A DNA stretch of 64,000 nucleotides from Phoronis australis (lineage: Eukaryota; Animalia; Phoronida): NCBI GenBank assembly GCA_002633005.1, contig NMRA01000096.1, positions 963,006 to 1,027,005 on the forward strand. Direction: 5' to 3'. Each line of letters starts with the position of its first letter. Positions within the stretch are counted from its first letter, which is position 1. Below the pieces are notes generated by a model. It was given only the letters and a program-made list of their open reading frames with translations, ran no database searches and was not told where the DNA came from. Positions 16,165 to 28,879 of this stretch are shown here, piece after piece. Made by a program: the position numbers and the translations under genes.

Positions 16165-16323
16165 CCGTAATCGTTCGGGTTAACGCCCTGGGCGGTTAAA
16201 TTGGCGAATCCAAAAAATCGGGGGAGGGTGGTTAACCGAGCAGTGTGCGGTTAAATCGAAAATCCACCTAAAGTCGGGGATGGGCGGTTAACTGAGCATG
16301 GGCGTTAACCCGAACGATTACGG
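16165..16323. mobile_element. MITE with perfect 24-bp TIRs and TA TSD (Tc1/mariner-pogo type)
   Basis: ta|CCGTAATCGTTCGGGTTAACGCCC ... GGGCGTTAACCCGAACGATTACGG|ta, with two ~55-bp internal direct repeats. Confidence 0.88.
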
Positions 16324-16861
16324 TATGAAGCACATTACAGATCTGCAGTAACTACCAGTGATGGTTAGCTAGGCTCTCCAACCAGAAGGTAGATCGCCAT
16401 GATGACGTTCTTATCCTGTGCCTCCAAATCATACAGTAAGTCAGTTTTTATTATAGTGGAAAGCCCACATACGGTGACATAACTTGTGGTTAGTTTCTGT
16501 TCGGCCATGATGATCTCGTGGTTAGCTAGAAAACCTAGCACATTAATGTTGCTCTAATAATTCGTTACTGAGACAGCTGATGGGACGCCTTACGCCAGTT
16601 AGTTAATTTACCATTGCTGAGTCTCATTCGCTAGCGACCTCTCTTGTTCTTTTGGATATCGCTTCCAAGTTGTCAATAAGTGTTTCAGTCTTGCAATACA
16701 GTACAACCTTCGTTACAGTGTTGTTTAATATTTGCTGGCGTTAGCTATGTGGATACTCATTTTAAGCAGCTGATTTGCCTTCTAATCAGACGTCCTCTTT
16801 TAGTGTTTTCTTATACAAATTCCTCATCTTAACGCCCTGTTTATGTTCAATGTTTATCTCA

Positions 16862-19800
16862 CTATTCCTTCACTGCTAGTTTTTTCCACTTATTTATTGC
16901 AGATAACCCTGTCTTCTTCTTGTCTTCCTCACTCTTCGGTGCATCAGCACTAGTGTGCTCTGTTTCTTTCTTTTTCTTCACTCGATCCATCAGAGCCTGT
17001 ATGGCTGAATTGAAGTCTTTTGACTCTGCTAGCGATTCAGGTGTTTCTATCTTGTCATTTTTATTCTTTTTAGCATTTTTTTGTTTTGCTTGTTTTTCCA
17101 TTTCCACTTGATCTTCGTACTTCTTCCTTGCACGAAATTTGACCTCTTTAAATTCTTTGTTGATGTTTAAAATCTCCCTGAAATGAGCAGAAAAAATGGT
17201 CACCTGTTCATGAAAATTACAACCTAGTAGATTAAGGCTTGTGAAAAGACGATCGATCATTTGTAAACTGTTTGATTGAAACTTTCTTAAGGTTCCACTC
17301 TGCCGTTAATTGACGAAATCGCAAACTTATAACTGGGATGAATACCTCAATCGCGGCTGTGAATCGTTCTGTTAAAGTAAGATGAGTGCCTTGGTCTATT
17401 CGGTCCGTCCGTATTGCCTTCTAATATGTAACTAGGAACACTAATTCAGTAAAAAAGAACCAGGGGGTTCTACCAAAAATATAAAGCAAAACAATGGTTT
17501 TCAAAAATGGCTTTAGATGGGGCTTTAATATTTTCTAAAGCGGTATTGGTACAACAGGACCAGTAGTGTTCTATAACCTAAGTGGAATTCAATGGTTGCT
17601 TCTGGATCAAGATCCTTGGTAGCGGCAACCACTGGAGTTGATAAGTGTGTTTTTACTCGTAGTGAATGTCTTAATAATTGCTGTTATTTTAAAGTATTTG
17701 ACCAATTTTTACCATTTGAAGTATGTCTGTCTACTTTTTTAAATTCATTTTTTGAATTCGCGTAAAATGTGTTTAAGTTACTTAGATTTTTTTCATTCAG
17801 CAAAGGTATGTCGAGCGCTGTTCGGGGTAATATGACTATTGAGATGAGTTTTTAAATTATGCGATCTGTCAGAGTGGCCTAGTAGAGAATTAAGGCAACT
17901 TAACAATTCTTGTGTTCTATGATCATGTGGTGCTGGGAATAATGCGTGTTATTTTTAGATTAATAATTCCTTCATATTTTATCTCAACTTTGAACTTAGC
18001 TATTTGTGGCCTGCCGATGTAGTGCTCGGTATAACATTAAAAGTGGACGATTTTCCAGCGTTTGGTGTATAGCCTGGTGTGTGGTTAGAACATTCATCAA
18101 TAGAAAAAATTAGTTTAAAACGGTTGAATGTTCTGAACATGCAAACACTAACAGTTCAGACATTCGTCTGGACCAGAACAATGTTGTTTCTCTGAGATCT
18201 TTTATTCAATCTCTTAAATATACCGTTGGTGGAGCGATCACTTATAATAGAGTACGTAAATTGACCAGCAATTACCAATATTCTTGATTGAGAAGTGATG
18301 TTCATCTAATGATAACCGACATTTATTATGTGACATTTTCTTCGATTGAACGAGGTGTGCCTCGACACAGACGCCATTTTGAGAACATTGACCTCTGAAA
18401 TGCGTGGTGTAGGCGTTGGTCTTATAAAACATAATTTTAATTACGCATTTAAAAACGTATAAATATTAAGTGCCTGCTTCACTAAAAATTGTACCTTTAC
18501 GACCTTTTAAACTGGCGTCGTAACTTCAGAATAAAATACCGTTTCCATAATTTTAAAATTTTTCCGAGCTCGCAGTCTCATTTAAACTTGTTTCTATGCA
18601 GAAAGAATTGTAATTGGTAAGTAAGCGCTATGTAAACGAGACTTGGGATAAAAAAAATTAAATCTCCCAGTGAAACTTCAAGCTCCCAGGAAGGACTTTG
18701 TTAAATTGATCCAGGTTTTATGAAGCCGACACAGAGGCTTTCGAGTTGAAAATAAAAGGCAAAATGCTGACATGCGGGGTTTGTGTTACTGTGGCGAAAG
18801 CACTCGTCTTTGCATGAACACTTCACACCTGACATTGTTGATCATCTACAATTTTGTTACACCAAATAGTCCGCAAGGTTCCATTTCTCCCATCATGAGA
18901 ACTTGCCCTCGCTAATACTACAATTGGCATCTATATTGGTATGAAAGTAGTTCCAAAACTTTTACTTCTCTGACATCGTGGGACTAAGAGCTGAAGTTGG
19001 CGTCTAGTAACTTTAAAACAAATCTACTTACGCCAAATCAATCTCACCATCTCCATCTTTGTCTAGCATGTCCATTAGCTCCTCGTACTGCGCCACAGTT
19101 AGCGGGGTTTTCACTTCCTGCAAAATGCAAATAACTTTTGGTCAGGATAATTCGCTCTCGGTGTCTTGTAGAATGGTCAATTCTGGGCAGCGAATCAGCC
19201 TTCATAGAGGAATAGTAACGCAACGTGTCAGTCCTCAGTTGTCTACGGAACAGTTGCATACCCATTAAACGTTTTTGCGATTATTGTTGGAAAGGATATA
19301 ATTCTTGAAATTGTTAGTTTTGACCAGAGCCCCATTTCAAGAAACTAACTTTGGTTCATTTTTTACTGAAGTCTATAATTTGTCTCCACCTCCAAACTTT
19401 GAAACTACCGTATCTGGTAAGTTAGTCAACCTTAACACAAAACCTAAGTGAACAAATGAAGTCAAACTTAAGATCATTTTCTTGGAACGGACTTAAGACA
19501 AATTTAAATTTTATCTTAAAATTTACTAAAATTCAAGAATTGTCTTAGCTTAGTCAGTTTTCGTGGAACGAGCACCAGTATACCACGTAACAACAAAATC
19601 CGTTTCGCTGATTCTCGAGGTTGGCTTCCAGTCATTCGGTAAATTTAACAGTTTTCGAGGCCAGTGACACTAAAGTGACTAGTTCTGTCCAAAAAGCGAA
19701 CTTACGATTTAGATCATTTACCGCTATAAAATTGTTCTCAACTTGTTTCTTATTCTGATAAGAAGTGATTTGAGCTGTTGCTAAGAACTGGCAGGTCGTT

Positions 19801-22800
19801 ATTTGAGACCATACTCGGTTCATAAATTGACACAAGATAACGTGTGAGTATGTTCTAGAAGCAGCAATGCAATGTCAGTTCTTTTGGCTAATATTGACTT
19901 TCAGGTATTCGAAGTGCGGTCCCTGGTGCCGTGTGTTCGAATACGTCTTGGCTGGTGGGGATTGATCTCGGGTACATGACGTTGTAGCCGATAACAACAT
20001 TTTAAACTATTATGCATACACTAGGTATCTAAAGCCACTCGCACCTGTAGTCCCGTTATGAACTCTTCTCTCGTAAGACTCATGCTCTGGTCCTTGTCCA
20101 AACTCTTGAACAAGTCCATCAACCTCAGGTTCTTCTCTGACATGAAGATGAGCAATATCTCTAGAGGGTCGGCGTCGTTGAAAATGAAGATATTCTCTTC
20201 AAGTTTCTTCCCTTTGGTTACTGATCCTACGATCACGTCGAATGTTTGCCTCTCTTTGATTTGATCGACTACTTCCATGAACTCTTCCATAACTATGTAA
20301 CCCTGGAAAAAGTCGGAGAAAATTACTACGGTAATGCCTGGTGTGCGGTGTCATATTGCTGCACATACCGAGCAATAGGAGAAGAGATGCGTCTGTCAAT
20401 GATCTGCGCTGTCAGACTAAAACCGGCAGTTGAGGTTAAAATCGTAATACAAGTCGTACTTGTAATCCGCTTCCTCACATGACTTCGAATTAAATTTTGT
20501 TACACAATTTTTAAAAATCGGCAAAACCATACACATGCGAAATCCAAGTTTTAGTTGCTGATGTTAAAATGATACGCACTTGCGAGTCAAACTTGGTTAC
20601 GGATACTAAAATGATGTAAATACATACTGTAGAAACTGAATTGTTTAAAGGAAACATCTTTTGGTTGACTGGTGAAACTCATTTTTTGATCTTGATCAGC
20701 AGTTAGACAAGGAATACCTTGAACCGAACATGCTTTTCCTATTTCTAAACAGCATCACGCGAATAAAGTGTTTTATTTATATAATGTTAAAGCCATGGTC
20801 TCGTGTACTTACGTTCAGATCAAGTAGCTGCATAGTTGACTCGCTGTTGGCTAATATTGCGTTGGCCAGGGCAATTGCACCGTCGTATAGTACAGGGTTG
20901 TTACTCAGCTGTAATGCAGACACGAAAAACATTATTTGATTATCCGACATTACTGCAATATCGTATGAGTGTTTTTCAAATGTTACGGTAAAAGTTCTTC
21001 GGTTGCGGACAAAATAGTTATTTAGAACTGCCATTTTCTAAGTTTGAAAGTTTTTGCCGAATGTTGTCCGAGGACAGATGAGTAGAATAATCATTACAAC
21101 GAAGTGAAACTTTTCAAATAATTATTGTGCTTGAGAATCGTAACAAAATGGAATACCATTTTTGTGCCCTGATTTATCATACTTCAAAGAGTATGTATTT
21201 ATTGTGACCGTTCTCGTGTTTGTGCCCCAGAATACTTCACCTTTCACTTAATTTACCTTTAATTTCACCAGTGTCGTGTTTTTCTTGAGCGCCTCAGCCA
21301 AGTCAATCACTGCTCCCGTTGACATTCTGTTATTATCCAGATTTAGATCTTCTAATGTACAGTTATGTACGAGTGCCTGACCCATCATCCGGGCACCTGC
21401 ATCTGCTAGTCCGTTCATGTGAAGATCCAGTTCCTTGAGACGGACATTGACCTGTTGTACAAAAAAGACCGTGCGCCATCCGGAATCACTTCTAGTGTCC
21501 GAAATTGGAATCATCGAATACACCTATTTCCATTGTAACGTCTACATTATGAATCATTTGTATTTTTCTTGGTCTCTTTTCATTTACAATTATAAAATAA
21601 TTTTATCTTTCCATCTGGCTGTGTCTGCCTGCTTGTAGTCGTGTCTGTCGCGTCTGTATGGTAGCATCACTTGAATGCGACAAACCTTACACTTTCGTAG
21701 GCTCTACACGAATGTTGCATGATTTGTATCGTTTCTTGAAAGAGATAATGATATCACAGTACATAAAAGCATTCTGTTAGCACTGTTTGGAAGCTTTTTT
21801 GATGATGAAATAGTGATCCCCAAATTGACATCATTATGCTCGTTATTCATTGGCTGATCTAGAATGCCGTTAGAGGTGACAACCACAATGGAATTGTTCG
21901 CGCAAGACCTAAAAGGGCTTGTTGGTCGTGGGCCTCCTAAATCTAAACCCACATTTGTAATGAAAAATGTTTGCAACAATAGTGTGAAGTATCGTCATAC
22001 TTACAGCGACACCTTTGGCAATTTCAAGAGCACCTTGCAGACGAATATGATTCCAACTCAAATCTAGTACTTCAAGGGTATCGTTTGATGCTACAGTAGA
22101 AGAAAATAGCATATTAATTTGAGTTTTTACAAATATTGATATGAATCGAATTTTATGAAAATTAAAGTTCACATTCGCCGATGCTGGTGTTATTTACATA
22201 AGCTGAAATCGCGAAGAAAATACTTACCTATTGCGGGACCAAGAATGCAAGCACCGTGTGATGAAAATTCGTTTTTACTCAGCTTCAGCTCGCGTAAATG
22301 GATGTTTTGCTGAAAGAAATGAAATTTTCTTAGAATTTTTGTTTTGAAAATGTTTGTATCTTTATTCTTGAAAGGTGTTGAAACACCTCTTGTAATAAAT
22401 GCGGGTTTTTGCTTCACATTAGGTTTTCGTTTCAAGATTACTAGATTATTAGGTTTAGAGTTAAGAGCCATAATTATACCTTACCTCCAATATTTCAGCG
22501 AAATGATAGGCGTCTGTATCTTTAAATCCATTTTCTGCAATAGTTAATGCAATGCATCAAGTTTGTTCTCAATGTCATTATAAAGTTTTAGTAGCAGTTC
22601 TAATAAATTTTAAATTGCTGTTATACACGCGATAAGAAATATATTGCGTGATTGGTTCATTTGTTTTTCTTAACAGCACCTTATCAGGATCACATTGCTC
22701 TGTTGCACTGTTTACACGTCATTATGTTTTTATTCAGCCTATTTCTAAAGGCAATTGAAGTGAATTTAAGTGTGAAAACTTTATGTAATTCATATTGCTC

Positions 22801-25800
22801 AACATGTGTTATTCATATCAAACTTGATTTATAACTTCAAGATACAACAAACGTAGAAACTTATTACATGTTTGAATCTAGAATAAATAATAGTGCTTGT
22901 TTATCTAAACATGTATTCTAAATAAGACTGACATTTACTGTAATATTATTATAGCAGTACCCCCAAATTAAGTGTTTTACACTTAACATGGTCAGCTGTT
23001 TTCATATTGCTATGATAAATATATTGTCACAAAGAAATAGCAACATCATTAAAATCTATTTACTTTTAGAGAATTTGTGAACTGAACGAAAGCAGCGTAG
23101 GGGATACTCCACGAAAATATGGCGTTATAAAAATGACTAAATTTGGGTAACTTTGGAACATCATAACTTAGAAATGACTGATCGGATTCATATTGAAATT
23201 TCTGAATTATACTATGCTTTATGACCTGTTTCTCAAAAACGGTGTTAGGAATTGTTTTCAAAATGTTTCACTTTTCCATGAGAGCCTAGGAAAAATAGGA
23301 CTCATATGATTTTCACGAAAAATCTTTTAAGCTTCATAAAACGAAAACGTTTAGAAAACTGTAGCATACTCCCGTCCTGCAACATTTTAATCAATGAAAA
23401 ACGGTGTCTGTCTGTAAAAGTTATCAAATAAAACAATTTGGTGAGGCGAGCGGCATCACCCTTCAATAGATGTAGGTCAAATTGCGAAGAACGCTGATGT
23501 CTGGGCTTTTAAATTAATAGCTCGTGATAAGTGAATTTGTTACTACTATTTTAAAAGCACGAGTAATAATACCGTAGTTATGATTTTAACACCAAATATT
23601 TCTGTTAACACAGTACTAATTTGCTATGAATTCAATAATAATACATAATGCTAACATTATTATGCTCATCATCACCACTAAGTTAAAGCTACATTGAGTG
23701 CTGCTTCGGTAATATGACTGTTACCTTGGGACACCCGGTTCCACAATTATTTTTTGTTTTGATTTAATTTTGGTATGCGTCACCTAGTTCCGAGTGTGAA
23801 ATGAGGTAAGTTAAAAATTCCTGGATGCCATGCTGTGGTCAGAATAGAGCTCATGTGTGTTATTTTTGGCGAGTAAACAAAGCGCTCCATTCTTATTTAG
23901 TTGGACATTTTTTATTTTCGATGCAACGCTCAATGTTGCTTTCGTTTTATAATCATCATCACCATCAGGTTCATCATCGGAATTGTTATTATTGTATTTA
24001 TTTCTATATGTAGTTTGTTATTGTTGCCATATGTTTCGTGAAGACTCACCGGACAAGTTAACTTTCCTGACGGTTGTGTTGCTGCAGAACGCATGGCAGA
24101 TGTGTACAGCACCCTCGCTACCGATGTTATTGCACGACAGATCCTGAACAAAATAAGTGGATGCACTTAGTGAAGAATTGTATTCACATTACATTCATTT
24201 ACATTCTACAAGTGTTGAAATTAACCGTGTAATGTCACAGTGGTCAAAAATCTATGTGTTACCACGAAATACTATTTTCAAGGCATGTTGAGTAAGTCAG
24301 ATTTTCATAAAACTCAGTGACGCTTTTCTTATAGCACGTTTAAGCTATATTACCATACTATCGCGACCAGCTCTATAATTATTGCAATGCCAACACTTTT
24401 AATGGAAATGAAGGCGCTGGATTGCGCAACATTATATTTACCGGGTTAGCTCATCAGTCTCGCAACTTTACAATCCACGCTTATTCATTATCATTTCATT
24501 CAGTCTTCACGGCTAGGTCGCCTTAGGTTAATTGAATTAAATTTTAGTAAACGGAGAATCAACACGGCGACATACTTACAATTTCGGTAATATAACAGTT
24601 ATAGTCCAACATGGCGGAGAAATACTTTGCTCCTTCGGCGTCCAACATGTTAGCACGCAAGTTACACTTTGCAATATTGGTATTCATCTAAAAAGATATA
24701 ATGTAGGGTATTTTTAGGTTGTATTGAATAGCGATGCAGAGTTAAACATGGTTATAAACTGTAAACGACCAAACCGGCCGGCAGCTCTGTACAATGCTAT
24801 AGAATTGCGACTATAGTTGAATATGGATCATTGGTTACCGTAATTATTGTTCGTGAAACAAGCCTGTTTTTGTTATTACACTGCAAGAAGATGGGCTCCA
24901 AACAATTTCAAAAACATCATTATGCACTCGGTAACTCAAGTTGTTGAATCAAGTCTACAGAATTGTTTGCCTAAATGCCCAGTTGACCGATTTTTCAATA
25001 TAATCCCTTTTGGCAGTCTTTATAAATAGTACGCCATGTTTAACAAATGAAATGTATTCGTTCTTTTTGTACGCTTCGAAAAGAATTGTTCTGTTAATAG
25101 TCGGTTACTCACAGTAGATAAAAAATAATGAATGCTTGCAACACAGTTGCCAGATAAAGAAAAAAGAAAAATCAGGTCACGCAAATGCAAAGGACTAACT
25201 TGTACTTATCGTTTGGTGGAAACCGGAGTATAAATTTTGGGTCAAAGGAAGCGCCGCGTGGCAGCGCTCCGTCAATGAAACTGTAGTTTAATTTAGGCCA
25301 CTTCTACCCCTACAAAATATGTCTTAGTTTCTTCCTTACTCATATGTGAAGTGGTTTTTGACCTTTCAAAGAATTGCCATCCCATTATTCTTTGAGGCCG
25401 TGCTCAGGGAATAAAATGACATGCTGTGACAAATCAACTTGTAGAGCCTCGTTTGAAGCCATTATCAAGCGTCAGTTTTGCCCAAGTCTAGAAACCACGC
25501 TTATTTTGACTAAGGAACAAATTGAGGCCGATTTCATAACCGTAAGTGATTTAAATGAGACATTAGTTTTTGTGACGGAAGGTTGCTTTATAGTCGCTTC
25601 AAAAGTAAACCGCGTGTCCAATGAATGTATGCTATTGAATGGTCAGTGATTGTAAACATGAAGTAACGTTAAAATTCCATTTATACTTGACACCTGCGTT
25701 GTTAGAGATTCTGGAAAAGAATTCATGTAAAAGTGGCAATTAGTTTTCAGTTGGCTGGTACATTCATTTACAATTCGTAAATCCTTTATAACGCCATTTG

Positions 25801-28800
25801 ATGACCGTTAATCTGTAAGGCTGAATAGGTGGTCGGTACCCAGTAAGGGCCTAGTATGTCAATGTCCACCCACAGCGTTAGTCTGATAAGTGGTTTAGAC
25901 TAAAGGATTAGAACAGCAATACAGCGGTTTTCCTTTATTACTTACTGAGTGCCTACTAGGCTGAGATGTCTGTAAAACTTTTGGATAAAGATACAAAAAG
26001 TCTCAACCCAATTATCAGCGTTTGTATTTAACTCCCAGGGAGAAGTTTTGATATCGTGAACTTTTTGTTGAAGTCTTGATACCTTACGACCTTGTCCTGT
26101 ATCGGTAACCAACACCGTTAGGGTATTTTAATGGCCCTTTTTGTTTTTCATGCCACGTTCACTTTTCTGTAAAGCATTACTGAAGTTCTGTTTGACAGCC
26201 ATTAAACATGTTTCAAAGGTCAAATACAGATCGAAGTATATCCATTATGGATCACTGAAATACAAATATAATTCCAATTTTTGTGTCGTGTCACCCGACC
26301 GAGCAAATAGTCATTCTAATTTCGTGGATTTTAGGAAACGCGAAGTGGTCAAATTCGAAAGTGTGTGATTTAAATAGCTGTTGGGAAGACAGTGACAGTG
26401 GTTTTGGCTCTCAACTGTGAATCCCGAGAACCTTTTTCAATGGAAGGTACTGAACTATAAGTATTGCACTAATTGAATTTTACTCCTTGAGCTTGTGTGT
26501 GTCAAAAGGATGTTAAACGTCAGTGCTCAGTGACGGACGAAACTTTCCTAGTTTTAAGCAGATCATTCTATCATCGATTGAGAAAGCGGGTCCCATTTCC
26601 TGGTTCCATGTTTTTTGACCCTTTTCCGGTGTCACATTCTTTTCTATCCCAGTCCAAATAAATCTATATTCCCGAAACAAGGTATTTTCGCCCGCATTTC
26701 CAGAATCACGGTCACAAAAAGGGCCCGATCACGATTACCGAAAACGCCTTTATCATCGCAATACACGGAGTTTTAGTATAATGACACATGGCGTGTAAGA
26801 AGACTAATAATTCTTACTTATCAACAGCACAATTATATAATGAATATGGTTTTATTTGTATGGACTTACCGCGAGCGGCGAGGCCATGGCCCTTGCACCT
26901 TTCGGACCCATACCTCTATATTGCATGTTAAAGGTCTCTGATTCAATGTTTCTCAGAAAATATGTAACAGGAATGATGTTGAGGGCTTGACACAGCTTGA
27001 GATACAACTTCTCCCCTCGAACATCAGGATCTATCGGCCCAGGATCTGCAAATTTATGGAATTTCGGTTTGGTAAACAGGCAAAACTAAAATGGATTAAA
27101 ATGCTTTTTCCCTAAACTTGTAAGTGGGTTTTTTAAATGCGACTCTTACATGTATCTAAGTAATGAAATCAGGGCTTGGAATAACCAATGACAAAAAGGA
27201 GGAAAAATTCCCACGTCATGTATCGTTCCATAACGTAGGCTTGCGTGATAGAAAATATTTTGTGTTGTAAAAATTAGCTGAAATTAACGTTTTTGCTGCA
27301 TTAGAAAAGTCAAAATAATGATAAAATAGAGAAAAAGGGAAACTGGAAATCGAATAAGAGGAAATTTCAACCAAAAATGAGAAAATCCTCTTAAAAGAGG
27401 AAAATTCCAAGCCCTGTGAAATATGTTCACAAACTGTTGTAAACGCTTTTTAGAGAAAATTGAAAGAACTTGGTCTTCAATCGTGTTCAAGCAATAGAAC
27501 CGGTCAAACAGAGATTACCGGGCTCCTCTAGGTCAGTGTCGTATTCGTCACTGTCAAACGTGTAGTCTGCGAAAGCTATCGCCCGGTATCCAGCCTTCCG
27601 TCGGTTCTCTTCTTCGTCCGAGTCGTAACCTTGGGAACACATGAAATACGCTTGAGAACACAGGTGGTCATATGTAAATGATGTGACTTTTAAAAAGTTT
27701 AATCATATTCTAATCTCTCTTTTTACTAAGACACGTCTACAGATTTCCATGTAATTATTGAAATTAGACATTTTCACACATTTAATCTGTAAATAAATAC
27801 TGTAATGGGTAAATCCCAATTTTAGCACTGAAACTTTTGCTGCCGGGCTTGTTAACTCTTCGAGTTCCTGAATTGTGTGAATGTGACAGTATTGCTTAAG
27901 ATTTACATCTTCACACGTTCTTAAATCATACGGAAGTCCGAAATATTCAGTAGCGGGGTTTCGCCTAGGCTTCACAATAACACAATTAGCAAAATCATGA
28001 CAGGTACAACAGAGTATTGGCCCACAAATCGGACACTAATTATAATTTATAACTTTATTGTTGGATGGGGTAGACTTCGCGAAGTTAATTTCTGCCGTTG
28101 CATGTCTGCTGGGATTTGGTGTAACCTCAGAGCGTTAGGCCGAGACCGCAGAAATTCCCAATTCAGTTGAGCAGTTATTTTCGTCCCGATAATGCCCCTT
28201 TGATTTGACTAAAATCAACTTAACAATGCCAAAAATGTGTCTTGATTTGAGAAAAAGGGTAAATCCTCGGCTGCAACAACTCACCTAAAGATTCTGGCGT
28301 CGTTGTCTCTTCCTCAATGGTCATGAACGCCGAGGCGGGCTTATCAGTCACCTCAACTTGTGACTCGGGTCTCTCTAGAGTGGCTTCCGTTGAGGGACGC
28401 GTGGGAACATCGGTTAGGAAAATGTTTGGTGTCTGGCTCTGTCGATCAATCATTAGTCGAGAAGAGGACAATCCGGCGCGTGAAGCCGCGCTCGGCTTCC
28501 GAGAGTTCACGAGTATATCCGTTTTGTGTGTTTCATTGCCGCTATCCCCGTGGAACAAATCTGCGTGTAGAATTTCAACTGGAATGTTTTTTGATGGGTC
28601 GTCATCTAACCCCTTAGCCCAGTAGTCGTGTAATCCAGGGGGTGCGGTACTCATACGGGGCGGATCCCCACTACTGTCACTTTCGATCCCAGCTCTCGTG
28701 TGAGACTGAGAGGTATGCAATAGATTCTTGTATCGGGCTAACATCTTCTGGCGAAGTTCTTTATCCTCTGGTATATCCATGAACGAGTTGTCTTGTTTTC

Positions 28801-28879
28801 CTTCGGGATGACTTTCATCTCTTTTCTCAGACGACTCCATCCCCGGAGGGTCTTCTTTGATGGGTTCAAATACTTCCAT
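16862..28879 (-). CDS. LRRC74A: Leucine-rich repeat protein 74A-like with C-terminal EF-hand pair (~750 aa)
   Basis: Exons 28285-28879, 27519-27629, 26870-27045, 24580-24687, 24050-24143, 22485-22534, 22228-22309, 22005-22090, 21257-21451, 20813-20908, 20045-20302, 19032-19117, 16862-17177 total 2253 nt in phase. Contains DEYDTDLE, LYLKLCQALNIIPVTYFLRNI, GMGPKGARAMA and RI-type LRRs (LEVLDLSWNHIRLQGA, LKELDLHMNGLADAGA, LEDLNLDNNRM). Two EF-hand loops, DKDQSMSLTREE and DKDGDGEIDLAE. The start codon and the 74A versus 74B assignment are less certain. Confidence 0.82.
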
